DNA of 64,000 nt from an uncultured Gammaproteobacteria bacterium (GCA_963810615.1 CAWEOA010000002.1:654515-718514), one strand, 5' to 3'; counted from the first letter of the stretch, positions 21,645 through 30,642 are shown. Translations and numbers: made by a program. Notes: generated by a model from the sequence alone, not told the origin.

Positions 21645-21979
21645 TGAGTTCGATCTTCGGCCACGCATAATTGAGCAATAACATAGAATAGCAGTACAGC
21701 CCCAATTTACCCTAGTCGGCTCTTCTGCCCTTTTTCTTTAATAGCGATAGACAAAAATCGAAGATGGTCAAAAAGATAGCGTTCGCCGCACAGCTAATTG
21801 ACCTCGCCCCACCACGGTCATCATCCCACAGTTCGTCACCCTACTCCCCAACGGACGGCTGTAAGCATAATTCCCGAGATTACCTTCATCCCCCGGTCCT
21901 GTACGCCGCACCCCATGGACCTAAGCTTCGCACCGGGCTAAGCTCGATGCACCATCACCCCACAGGCAGGTTTATTTAG

Positions 21980-22648
21980 ATGAAACATGGGCTTCGCTCT
22001 CTCGGCTGCTTAGGTTTGTTGGTCTCGATCTCGGCCGGCGCGACTCCCGTACCCGCCGCTCTGGACTTCGCCCTACACCTCTCGCGCCTGGACATCCCAT
22101 TGAGCGACGGTCAACAAGAAATCAACACCACCGTCAAACATCTCGGCGTCGTCTCTTTCGACGTAAACCAACAAACCCTGCAGCCTGGTTTGGGCGTGGG
22201 CTATGCCTATGCCAGTGACAGCCAGCAGTCCGTCACCGCCGGCATGGAACTTCAGGGCTTCTACATTGCCCCGGCCCTGCGCGGGGTAGTGCTCGACGGC
22301 CACCGCTTGAACGTCACGCTCACCGCCACCTACCTCTATCAGCGCGTCAAGGACAGCAACTCCACCCAGGCCGTCACCCTGGAATGGCAACAGCCGCAAT
22401 TGGATCTGGATCTTAAATATCGCATCGGCGGACAGACAAGCCTGTTGCTGGGGGGACAATACGGACGGATCGATGTGGATGAAAAGCTTAGCGGTAATGT
22501 AAATCAAACCGTCACTCTGCAAAGCGGCCCTACTCTGGGTTACCGCGCCGGCCTCGATATCGACGTGGGGGGTGACGGTCACGTCGGCATGCTTATCCAC
22601 AGGGCCATGGGCGACGGGGTGGAGATATACTTTCAGCAACAATTCTGA
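21980..22648 (+). CDS. outer-membrane beta-barrel protein (small OmpW/OmpA-like family)
   Basis: It has a signal peptide and the alternating hydrophobic/polar beta-strand pattern, and it ends in the aromatic residue F (YFQQQF) typical of OMP C-termini. Confidence 0.65.
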   Translation: MKHGLRSLGCLGLLVSISAGATPVPAALDFALHLSRLDIPLSDGQQEINTTVKHLGVVSFDVNQQTLQPGLGVGYAYASDSQQSVTAGMELQGFYIAPALRGVVLDGHRLNVTLTATYLYQRVKDSNSTQAVTLEWQQPQLDLDLKYRIGGQTSLLLGGQYGRIDVDEKLSGNVNQTVTLQSGPTLGYRAGLDIDVGGDGHVGMLIHRAMGDGVEIYFQQQF

Positions 22649-22758
22649 GCGCTCAGACACAGGGCCAGTCGTGAAATCCTCCTACCATCCCCAACTCATC
22701 AACGACTACTAGGGCCGTGCGCTAGAGCGGGGAGGACAATGTCTTGACGGCACAAGAC

Positions 22759-23466
22759 CTAGCACACCACCGGCAAGTAGCGCTGCAAGACAATGCCGGA
22801 AGTGCTCACCGCAGCTTGATAGGCAATGACCTCCACGCCACTGTGCAGCGCCCGACGCAGGGTTTCTCCATAGACGCCGTCGATCTCGTCGGCGGGCCGC
22901 ACCGCCGTCACGTCGCCGCGCTGCACACAAAAACACAGGACACCGCGCTGCCCCGCGGCCACCACTCCCATCAACTCCCGCAGATGCTTGGCACCGCGGA
23001 CGCTGACCGCATCGGGAAAGATCGCCGTGTCCGCCACGGCGGCGGTAACGTTCTTCACCTCCACGTAACAGTCGACCTTCTCGCCGTCGTCCTGCAACAG
23101 CCAATCGATGCGGCTGCGTTCCGCGCCAAACGGCACCTCGCCGCGTAGCGAGCGGTAACCCTGCAATTCGCCTATCGTCCCCGCCTCTATCGCCTCCCTC
23201 ACCAAGGAATTGGGCAAGGCGGTATTGATCCCCACCAACACCCCGGCGGCGGTCTCGGTGATCTCCCATGAGTAAGGGTACTTGCGGGTTGTGCTCTCGG
23301 ATCGACTCAGCCACACCCGGCTGCCCGGCTCGGAGCAACCCAGCATGGACCCGGTATTGGCGGTGTGCACGGTAATAATCTCGCCGTCGGCCAGCCGCAC
23401 GTCGGCAAGAAAACGCTTATAGCGGCGCAGCAGGGTCGCTTCGATCAGCGGTATTTTGAATTCCAT
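22759..23466 (-). CDS. sfsA: sugar fermentation stimulation protein SfsA
   Basis: The 235-aa product starts MEFKIPLIEATLLRRYKRFLADV...VHTANTG, which is the conserved SfsA N-terminus. Confidence 0.9.
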   Translation of the reverse strand: MEFKIPLIEATLLRRYKRFLADVRLADGEIITVHTANTGSMLGCSEPGSRVWLSRSESTTRKYPYSWEITETAAGVLVGINTALPNSLVREAIEAGTIGELQGYRSLRGEVPFGAERSRIDWLLQDDGEKVDCYVEVKNVTAAVADTAIFPDAVSVRGAKHLRELMGVVAAGQRGVLCFCVQRGDVTAVRPADEIDGVYGETLRRALHSGVEVIAYQAAVSTSGIVLQRYLPVVC

Positions 23467-23582
23467 GGTCCGGAGCAGCTATTTTTGACGATTTTAACAG
23501 GCCCGGCGCCGCTTACAATTGCATTCGACACTATATGTACCTACCCTGATCCAAGGATCATATTCTTTTCTCTGCAACCACC

Positions 23583-24104
23583 ATGGCCACCTTCTATCGC
23601 TATACGTTGATCTTGATCGCCTGTGCTGCGTTGCTGGTGGGGATCCAAATACCCAATTTCGTCGACCAATACGAAAAGCGCCTGGACGCCCATTTGAGCG
23701 AAGTCAAAAACAATCTCCAGGGTTACCAGGACATCGCCGACCGGCTGTACGGCGGCTCCATCGCCGCCCTGATCGCCAGGCACCAGCAAAGCGACGACGA
23801 AGCCTTCAAACAAGAGGCCCGACCCATCGCCAATATCTTCCAGCGTTATGAACACTTCTCCAAGGAACTGGCCGCGCTGGCCACCGGCTTGCCCGGCAAG
23901 ATCGCTTATATCGCCACCAAAGGCGATAGTGAACTGATCGATGAAACCTTCCGTAATTACTCGTTCACCATTCCCTTGAATGCAGCGGCCGTCAGCGCCG
24001 GCTTCACCTTCATGGTCATGGTGGTGCTTATCGTCGAGATCCTGCGGCTGCTGATCGCCAGACTGTTCCGTCCCCGCCACAAGGCGGAACAGCCTGTGCC
24101 ATAA
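23583..24104 (+). CDS. membrane protein of unknown function (DUF2937-like)
   Basis: The 173-aa product has an N-terminal and a C-terminal TM helix flanking a soluble domain. The family name is recalled from memory, not verified. Confidence 0.55.
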   Translation: MATFYRYTLILIACAALLVGIQIPNFVDQYEKRLDAHLSEVKNNLQGYQDIADRLYGGSIAALIARHQQSDDEAFKQEARPIANIFQRYEHFSKELAALATGLPGKIAYIATKGDSELIDETFRNYSFTIPLNAAAVSAGFTFMVMVVLIVEILRLLIARLFRPRHKAEQPVP

Positions 24105-24175
24105 TAATCCCGCGGGCGCGACCGCGCCGCGCACCTCAAAAAAACAAGACATTCAACCATCGGGAATCGGCACAG

Positions 24176-25063
24176 ATGTCATATCAAATCATCGTTCACG
24201 GCGGGGCTTACGACAATGACAGCGACGTCACCTTGCGAAAACGCATTTGCGGCGACATCGTCGCGGTGCTGGAAAAGGACTTGAGCCGGGGCGCGGCCGC
24301 CCTGGACATCTGCGAACAGGCCATCATCATGCTGGAGAACGACCCCTTGTTCGACGCGGGCACCGGCTCCTATATCCAGACCGACGGCGAGGTCCGCATG
24401 GATGCCTCGCTGATGACCAGTGAAATGGACCTGGGTTGCGTGCTACAGATCAGCCACGTCAAGAACCCCATCTCGGTAGCACGCAAGATCCTGGAGAATC
24501 CCTTGCACTGCACCCTGTCCGGCGAAGGCGCCAATCAATTCGCCGTGGAAATGGGCTTCGCCCGCCATGATCCGAGGACAGCCGAAACCCGGGCACTCCA
24601 TGACGAGATCGTCCGCAAACTAGATGGGGATTTCAGCTACCAGCATATCGCCGCAAAATACGGCCCCCGCGCACCGTCCCTAAGTACGGTAGGCTGCGTG
24701 GTCCGCGACCGCCACGGCATGATCGTAGCCGGCACCTCCACCGGCGGCCGCGAGGTCTGTTACCAGGGCCGGGTGGGCGACTCGGGCCAGCCGGGCAACG
24801 GCACCTACGCCGACCGCCATGCCGGCATCTCCTGCACCGGCGTCGGCGAGATGATCATGCGCATCGGCATGGCGCGCATCGTCGCCTTATATGTAGAACT
24901 TGGCGACAGCCTCGACAGCGCCTGCGAAAAGGCTATGCACAAACTCGCCGTCATCGGCGGCCGCGGCGGCATCATCGCCATCTCCCATAAGGGGGAAATT
25001 GTGTACAAGCACAACACGCGCGCAATGGATCTGGCGATGGCAATGCGTGTGAGCAATGAATAA
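24176..25063 (+). CDS. iaaA: isoaspartyl peptidase/L-asparaginase (Ntn-hydrolase family)
   Basis: It has the IIVHGGA start, the autoproteolytic nucleophile region G-TVGCVV and GTSTGG, and is 295 aa long. Confidence 0.85.
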   Translation: MSYQIIVHGGAYDNDSDVTLRKRICGDIVAVLEKDLSRGAAALDICEQAIIMLENDPLFDAGTGSYIQTDGEVRMDASLMTSEMDLGCVLQISHVKNPISVARKILENPLHCTLSGEGANQFAVEMGFARHDPRTAETRALHDEIVRKLDGDFSYQHIAAKYGPRAPSLSTVGCVVRDRHGMIVAGTSTGGREVCYQGRVGDSGQPGNGTYADRHAGISCTGVGEMIMRIGMARIVALYVELGDSLDSACEKAMHKLAVIGGRGGIIAISHKGEIVYKHNTRAMDLAMAMRVSNE

Positions 25064-25366
25064 TCCCGCAATGGCCTGTGCTTAAACATTGGTATAGGTA
25101 ATCTGTTCATTATCGTGCCTTATCGGCCCGCATTCGACCCAACGCAGACCTTCGAAAGAGACGGAAGCCCCGCTCATGGCTGATAAGTACGGGTCCCGCT
25201 TTTCCGGGCTTGAAATGATCATACTCACGGCGTTACGTCCTATAATTAAACGGTAATATCAAGTTAAATCGGGGAAAGTTGAAAATGTATAACGAGACTC
25301 GGAGTCCCGTTCATATAACTGTTATGCGTCTTATCAGAAAGTGACGCATCCGGTGTCTATAGACAA

Positions 25367-26146
25367 ATGAAGAACCAGCACGATGAATTGTGTGAACTGG
25401 GTTGGAACGACTGGTTCGATCAACGGGCAGCATGCAAACCAACAGATACTGTCGCACGCGTTGCGGCTGTCGACCGCGACCAGTTACTACTCGTGGATCA
25501 AGCCGGTCATTTTCGAGCAAAACTGTCGGGTAGCTATTTGCACCACCATCACGATTCACATGAACTACCCTGCGTGGGTGACTGGGTGTGCGTGGAGAGA
25601 CAACTCGGTGACGACTTTGGGATGATCCACACGCTCCTTGATCGCAGGACTTCGCTGCGTAGAAAGTCGGCTGGAAACAGCATCGAGCACCAAATGATCG
25701 CGGCAAACCTCGACTATGTGGTGATCGTTCAGTCATGCCAATTCGATTTCAATCTGAATCGCTTGGAACGCTATCTCGTCATGGTGTTGGATGGCGGGGC
25801 GGAGCCGTACATTTTGCTAACCAAGACAGACCTCGTCGATTTTACCGTGCTGGCCTCACAGTTGGCTGAGATAGCTTCCGCCGGTATCACCGCACCGATT
25901 TTGCCGCTAAGCAACGTCACTCATGATGGGCTGGATAATCTCAAGAGACTGCTATTACCAGGAAAAACCTATTGCTTTGTCGGTTCATCCGGGGTTGGCA
26001 AGAGCACGCTAATAAACCAGTTGATTGGCCACCAAAGGTTGGAAATAGGTGTAGTCAGTGGGACGGGAGAAGGACGGCACACGACAGTTCGACGAGAGCT
26101 GATTCGTCTCGACGGGGGCGCACTGGTCATCATTCGTACGAACTAG
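25367..26146 (+). CDS. RsgA/YjeQ-like circularly permuted GTPase, truncated at the G3 motif and lacking the C-terminal zinc-finger domain (possible pseudogene)
   Basis: It aligns with RsgA through the OB fold, the G4 block (LLTKTDL), G1 GSSGVGKSTLIN and G2 GRHTT. Where RsgA has VIDSPG the ORF reads VIIRTN-stop, and no continuation exists in any frame. No SD precedes the ATG. Confidence 0.65.
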   Translation: MKNQHDELCELGWNDWFDQRAACKPTDTVARVAAVDRDQLLLVDQAGHFRAKLSGSYLHHHHDSHELPCVGDWVCVERQLGDDFGMIHTLLDRRTSLRRKSAGNSIEHQMIAANLDYVVIVQSCQFDFNLNRLERYLVMVLDGGAEPYILLTKTDLVDFTVLASQLAEIASAGITAPILPLSNVTHDGLDNLKRLLLPGKTYCFVGSSGVGKSTLINQLIGHQRLEIGVVSGTGEGRHTTVRRELIRLDGGALVIIRTN

Positions 26147-26161
26147 CATGATGAGATTCAT

Positions 26162-26935
26162 ATGAACACAGCGCTCTTCTTCACCACATGGCTCGCGGGT
26201 CTTCCTGGGGTTATTGTAGTAGCGTGGTTCGTGTTACCGATTCTCGTCGCGGATCGCCACCTCTCTGCACCGCTTTGGGTTGTACAGGTAGGAAGCGCAT
26301 TGCAAAGCGCTGTGCTGCTCGGGCTCGCAACAGCGGCAGGCACAGCATTGGCTCCCAAAGTCGGTCTTGCGGCTCCGGTATTTTCAGCCCTTATACAACA
26401 CAAGCATGCTATTGAAACACTTCGCCCACAATTGTTACCCAGTCTTGTCGGTGGCCTTGTAGGTGCCACGATTTTGTGGGTGTCGACTGCTGTTGCTCCG
26501 AAAGCCTTAGCAGAGGCCCAAACCAGGTTCTCCATGCCGATCGTCGCACGCCTACTCTATGGAGGCATCACGGAAGAGTTGTTGATTCGCTGGGGGGGCA
26601 TGACGCTGCTTGTTTGGCTTCTGTGGCATCTTGGACAGGGGGGTGCAGCCTCGCCTTCTGCCATCAGCGTATATTTAGCCATTTGTCTCAGCTCGCTACT
26701 GTTTGGTGCTGGTCACTTACCGGCTGTAGCGTCTATGGTTGGTCACATATCAGTTGGCATTGCCATATACGTCATCGCCGCAAATGCGGCATTTGGCATT
26801 GTTGCAGGCTGGCTGTATTGGCGATTTGGACTTGAGTCGGCAATACTAGCGCACATACTTGCTCATGGAGTCTTTCTCTTGGTTTCTCGGCGAGGAGGCA
26901 TCGCTAACGGTTCCAGTAAACGGTCGGCATGCTAA
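26162..26935 (+). CDS. CPBP-family (CAAX protease/Abi, PF02517-type) intramembrane metalloprotease
   Basis: It is a polytopic membrane protein with the three CPBP motifs: EExxxR (ITEELLIRWGG), FxxxH (LLFGAGHLPA) and HxxxN/H (AHILAHGVF). Confidence 0.8.
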   Translation: MNTALFFTTWLAGLPGVIVVAWFVLPILVADRHLSAPLWVVQVGSALQSAVLLGLATAAGTALAPKVGLAAPVFSALIQHKHAIETLRPQLLPSLVGGLVGATILWVSTAVAPKALAEAQTRFSMPIVARLLYGGITEELLIRWGGMTLLVWLLWHLGQGGAASPSAISVYLAICLSSLLFGAGHLPAVASMVGHISVGIAIYVIAANAAFGIVAGWLYWRFGLESAILAHILAHGVFLLVSRRGGIANGSSKRSAC

Positions 26936-26971
26936 CCCGCCGCCCCTATTATATCTGAGCATTGAACGCCC

Positions 26972-27056
26972 GCTTCTGGCCGCATTCGGAAGTAGGCGCG
27001 GTGCAACGCGAACTGGCACTTTCGACCCGAAGCGGACGTTCAGTAATACAATGTCC
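26972..27056 (+). repeat. ~85-nt conserved non-coding element, copy 1 (downstream of the CPBP gene)
   Basis: It is about 75 % identical to copy 2 by manual alignment, sharing the blocks gcttctggccg, ggaag.aggc, cgcgaactggc, tcgacccg and gcgg.cgt. Confidence 0.7.
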
Positions 27057-27362
27057 GAGCTGATGAATCTGGGCACTGGAGTAATGGGATTTCCTTGCAT
27101 AAGCCAGAGAGACGGTCTTCAGAATCAAAGCAGCCCTTTGAAAATAGAGGCTCAATTACATCCGCTTTGTAAAAAGCGATAACCCTAAATACATCATTAA
27201 TTTTGTCGGTAATTTTTACAAGTCAGAGAATGGGGGAAATATGTCTTGTATTATCTAATTGATAAAGAATATTAAAATATTTATGGCATTTAATTTGCCT
27301 TTTTATATTAAAAATTATAAGGGGGTTCTGATAACCACACAACGGAAGGGGAGGGAGCTTTT

Positions 27363-27974
27363 ATGAAAGCATACAAATTCAGCATGCGAGCATTATGCAT
27401 ATCCATAATAGCGAGTTTGCAATTGCTTGGACTTTCGCAAGAGGCAGCTGCAAGTATTATCGTCCAACTCGATAGCGTTGCGCCAGATTTAGTATTTCCT
27501 GGCAATTACCGATGGACATTCTCGGCCATAGCCTCATCAACCGATGGGTTCGGCTCATCAGTAGATAACTACTTCACCATCTATGATCTTCCCGGTTCTA
27601 TTACCACTGTTGAAGCCAGTGCCGTATATTGGGGCAGTGCATCCAGCGCTTTGACGGGAGTCACCCCAGTGGGACTGACTCCGGCTGATGATCCAAGTAA
27701 GCCTAATGTTACATTTAGATATATGGACTCTAGCGATCGTCCCGGAAACGCGGCATTTCAAGCCGGCGATCATTTCGATATCATTTTGTCAGATGGGATT
27801 CCTATCGATCTCCAGTATTCGTGGCAGGATTACAGCGCCTATCCAATTGTAAATAATCCACTGCAGAGTGGTCTGGGCACAGTTCAAAACAGCGTACCTG
27901 AGCCTGCAACTATCGGTTTAATAGGTCTCGGTTTAGCCGGATTGGGAATCAGCCGTCGAAAACGCGTCAACTAG
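27363..27974 (+). CDS. PEP-CTERM sorting-domain protein (exosortase substrate)
   Basis: It has a signal peptide and a C-terminal VPEP-ATIGLIGLGLAGLGI-SRRKR tripartite PEP-CTERM motif. A strong AGGGGAGGGAG SD precedes the start. Confidence 0.85.
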   Translation: MKAYKFSMRALCISIIASLQLLGLSQEAAASIIVQLDSVAPDLVFPGNYRWTFSAIASSTDGFGSSVDNYFTIYDLPGSITTVEASAVYWGSASSALTGVTPVGLTPADDPSKPNVTFRYMDSSDRPGNAAFQAGDHFDIILSDGIPIDLQYSWQDYSAYPIVNNPLQSGLGTVQNSVPEPATIGLIGLGLAGLGISRRKRVN

Positions 27975-27996
27975 ACGAATCCGTTATCGTGTAAGC

Positions 27997-28025
27997 AAAC
28001 CCCGCTTCGGCGGGGTTTTATTTTC
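27997..28025 (+). terminator. rho-independent terminator
   Basis: aaaccccgc-ttcg-gcggggttt is a perfect stem-loop followed by TTATTTT, and it lies 22 nt after the PEP-CTERM stop. Confidence 0.8.
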
Positions 28026-28072
28026 GTGAATCACGAGTCAAAGTGCAGCTGTGTAGTAGTGTGTAAAAGGCT

Positions 28073-28157
28073 GCTTCTGGCCGATGACGGAAGAAGGCAC
28101 AGCTAACCGCGAACTGGCGCTATCGACCCGCTGCGGGCGTCCGGTCAACATGAGCCA
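28073..28157 (+). repeat. ~85-nt conserved non-coding element, copy 2 (downstream of the PEP-CTERM gene and its terminator)
   Basis: See copy 1. The orientation is the same. Confidence 0.7.
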
Positions 28158-28372
28158 CCTGGCCAATAAGTTTCCTCCAAAACACCCAAATCTTACGGCA
28201 TCACGACTAATATGGGGTTAGACACTCCCGCCTGCTCCCTCGGTACACTCAACATCTGCAACAAATCAAACAGTGGACGATAACCTTTCAACATCAGAAT
28301 CCTCAACAATCACAACATACATGCGATGTGGAGGCGAAGGTTGCAAATACTGCACGGGAGGTTAGAACACTT

Positions 28373-28528
28373 ATGGACCTACACGAATCATTGTGTGAAA
28401 TATTAATTGCTGAAAAGATGGAGGAGAATCCACGGTTAACAAAGAAGGCTGCGGCTGAAATGGTTAATCGCGAGTTAAAAGAACAAGCGGCAGAAAATGA
28501 TGATATTTTCAGGTGTAGTGGCGATTAA
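28373..28528 (+). CDS. small hypothetical protein (51 aa)
   Basis: The ATG is preceded by GGGAGG, and the product is charged and helical (MDLHESLCEILIAEKMEENPRLTKK...). There is no homology support. Confidence 0.25.
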   Translation: MDLHESLCEILIAEKMEENPRLTKKAAAEMVNRELKEQAAENDDIFRCSGD

Positions 28529-28819
28529 CATTATATCGGGGCACATAAAAACATAGGAGTCATGCGCTGGAACCCGGTGCTGGCCAATTTTTATTTAAAA
28601 TCGTGATAATTTAATTATCTCGTTCTATATCAGTGGCCTTATGATTTAGAGGTCCACTTTCAGAGCGGACGTTCTTTCGGATTCGATACCATTCGGCAAA
28701 AGATATGGCAGCTCAATGTCTTGGGTATAACGCTTGTAAAGCAAGGTGGAAAACAGTGCTGAACATGCCATACTTTATAAAAAGATACTAAATTAGTGTG
28801 ATGCTGGGGAGGCAGTGTT

Positions 28820-29242
28820 ATGCCATACATCGTAGCTCAACATCCAAAGTTGGATGTGGTGGAACTTAAGCTCACCGGATTGATTACCGGAGTTGACTTA
28901 AGGAAAGCAACGTCCGAATGCATCGCAATACAGAAGCAGAATGGAATAAAGAGGTTTCTAGTTGATGCGAACGAGGGGGAAGTGGTCGCATCATTCAATG
29001 AGCTTTTCGAAATAGTAAGTGAGCAATATCACATTGAAGGACTCGATAAGAACAGTCGCATTGCGGTGATGCTTCCAACTACTTTAAGTGCAAAAGCCGC
29101 TGCAGATTTCTACGAAGCCGTATGCTTAAAAGGTGGGTGGAATGCACTGGTGTTTCCAAGCAATGAAAGCGCACTAGATTGGTTGATGGATACCGCTGAC
29201 ACAAGCAAGTCAACTGATAACGGGCCTCTTCACCGGTCCTAA
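28820..29242 (+). CDS. SpoIIAA-like/STAS-fold protein (DUF3478-type), paralog A
   Basis: A GGGGAGG SD precedes the start. The pattern LKLTG.ITG....EAT..CIA.QKQ...RFLVD..E.E..ASF...........RIAV.LPTT........FYE.V...GW.A.VF......A.DWL matches, as far as I recall, the SpoIIAA-like family consensus (RVLVDL.DFEGW ... RVAVVGD ... VRYF ... A..WL). Confidence 0.6.
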   Translation: MPYIVAQHPKLDVVELKLTGLITGVDLRKATSECIAIQKQNGIKRFLVDANEGEVVASFNELFEIVSEQYHIEGLDKNSRIAVMLPTTLSAKAAADFYEAVCLKGGWNALVFPSNESALDWLMDTADTSKSTDNGPLHRS

Positions 29243-29368
29243 AACGACCCAAAGCGGCAACGTCAATTTCTTGCGCTTCAGCGAATTAAGAAACACGGAA
29301 AACGGTGCGGCGCATGTCATACTTTAATAAAGCATATTAGCTTGCTGAGATATTGGAGGAAGTCGACT

Positions 29369-29773
29369 ATGCCATATACCATAACGTATGATCCTGAGTC
29401 AGATATCGTCAACCTGGCATTCACCGGGGAAATTACTGGGATAGTGATATCGGAAGCAACGTCTAAATGTATCGCCCTTCAGAAGCAGTCGCGTGCATTG
29501 CGCTTTCTAGTCGAAGTAAATGGGTGGGAAGTTGTCGCGTCATTCGTTGATATTTACAAACTTATTTACGATCAATACGCGGCAGAAGCAGCACATCGTC
29601 TATCCCGTATTGCTGTTGTACTTCCAACTACGGCAAGCGGACAAACTGCTGCAACCTTCTACGAAACTGTAAGCCAAAATGCTGGTTGGAAAGCACAGGT
29701 ATTTGCAAGCCGTAAAAATGCAATTGATTGGCTAACGACTAGCGAAAATATCAATGTCGTTGCTGCAGATTAG
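29369..29773 (+). CDS. SpoIIAA-like/STAS-fold protein (DUF3478-type), paralog B
   Basis: A GGAGGAAG SD precedes the start. It is about 45 % identical to paralog A, and both have upstream regions containing catactttaataaa. Confidence 0.6.
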   Translation: MPYTITYDPESDIVNLAFTGEITGIVISEATSKCIALQKQSRALRFLVEVNGWEVVASFVDIYKLIYDQYAAEAAHRLSRIAVVLPTTASGQTAATFYETVSQNAGWKAQVFASRKNAIDWLTTSENINVVAAD

Positions 29774-29858
29774 CGTATTTATCCAACGTAGCTCACTCAG
29801 CAGAACATCCAATTCTCGCGACACGGTAAGGTCACCTTCCCCACTCGTATGACCGCTT

Positions 29859-30236
29859 CTGGCCGGCAAGCGACCGATCGGCGCGGTCGTTCCCGGGTTG
29901 TGATGGTCTTAAACTTCAGTTTTCTCAGACATTTCCAGGGCGTCGTCAACCTCGATCCCAAGATATCTGACCGTGCTTTCCAGCTTTGTGTGCCCAAGCA
30001 GCAGCTGAACAGCTCGAAGATTCTTTGTTCTCCGGTAGATCAATGTTGCTTTTGTACGACGCAGGGTGTGTGTTCCATACTCCCCAGGATCCAGCCCAGC
30101 GAGAGCCACCCACTTTTTCACAATACGAGCGTATTGCCGCGTAGAAATATGTAGAGACTCCCTTAGCCGGCTAGGGAAAAGGAACTGACCCGAAGTGAGC
30201 TGTGCCTTGGCAATCCATGCCTCAACAGCCTCGCGC
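29859..30236. repeat. direct repeat copy 1 (3' portion of the recombinase gene), ~95 % identical to 32045-32422
   Basis: Manual alignment of the two stretches shows near-identity over about 380 nt, with a few substitutions and one 4-nt indel. Confidence 0.85.
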
Positions 30237-30544
30237 GTCTGGTCGGTCAACTCAAACTTCACCGGCTGTGCGGTCTTTTGCTGCATGACGGTCGTCCGTG
30301 ATATTGCCTTGCCGCTGTGTGCCACATCCCTCACTTGAAGCTTGACGATATCGCAGCCCCGAAGCTTGCTGTCGATTGCCAGGTTGAAAAGGGCAAGGTC
30401 TCTGATGCGTCTGGCCAATTGCAGTCGAATTCGGATTGCCCAGATCTCGCGAAGCTTCAATGGCGGCTTCGGCCCGATCAACCGATCCTTATTCCAAGGG
30501 ATGTGGGCGGCTGTGGCGGCTGTATTGTCTTGATTGATGTACAT
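29909..30544 (-). CDS. tyrosine-type site-specific recombinase/integrase (short form, catalytic domain)
   Basis: The C-terminal HTLRRTKATLIYRRT...LLLGHTKLESTVRYLGI carries the R...HxxR...Y catalytic signature of phage-integrase-family recombinases. A GGAGG SD lies 9 nt before the ATG at 30544. Confidence 0.8.
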   Translation of the reverse strand: MYINQDNTAATAAHIPWNKDRLIGPKPPLKLREIWAIRIRLQLARRIRDLALFNLAIDSKLRGCDIVKLQVRDVAHSGKAISRTTVMQQKTAQPVKFELTDQTREAVEAWIAKAQLTSGQFLFPSRLRESLHISTRQYARIVKKWVALAGLDPGEYGTHTLRRTKATLIYRRTKNLRAVQLLLGHTKLESTVRYLGIEVDDALEMSEKTEV

Positions 30545-30599
30545 GGTGTGTTTCCTCCATTCTGACTAGGGAAACACAAGTTTGGTTGATCGCAGCAGG

Positions 30600-30642
30600 T
30601 GGCGCTTGCCGACCCTTAGCCGACGTGGGCGTGAGTGTCAGC
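30600..30642 (+). repeat. partial third copy (3' half) of the ~85-nt element, about 55 nt upstream of the recombinase start codon
   Basis: tggcgcttgccgaccc..gccgacgtgggcgt aligns with tggcgctatcgaccc..gctgcgggcgt in copy 2. Confidence 0.5.

Noticed and set aside
25064-25366. Looked for a bacteriocin-like small peptide gene or an att site upstream of the rsgA-like gene
   Set aside because: No convincing small ORF with an RBS was seen there, only a short hairpin (atgcgtc...gacgcat). No direct repeat matching the right island border was found by eye.
26846-27182. Small ORFs (84, 107 and 68 aa) overlapping the first ~85-nt repeat copy
   Set aside because: They are mutually overlapping frames across a conserved non-coding repeat, with no RBS, so they are more likely non-coding.
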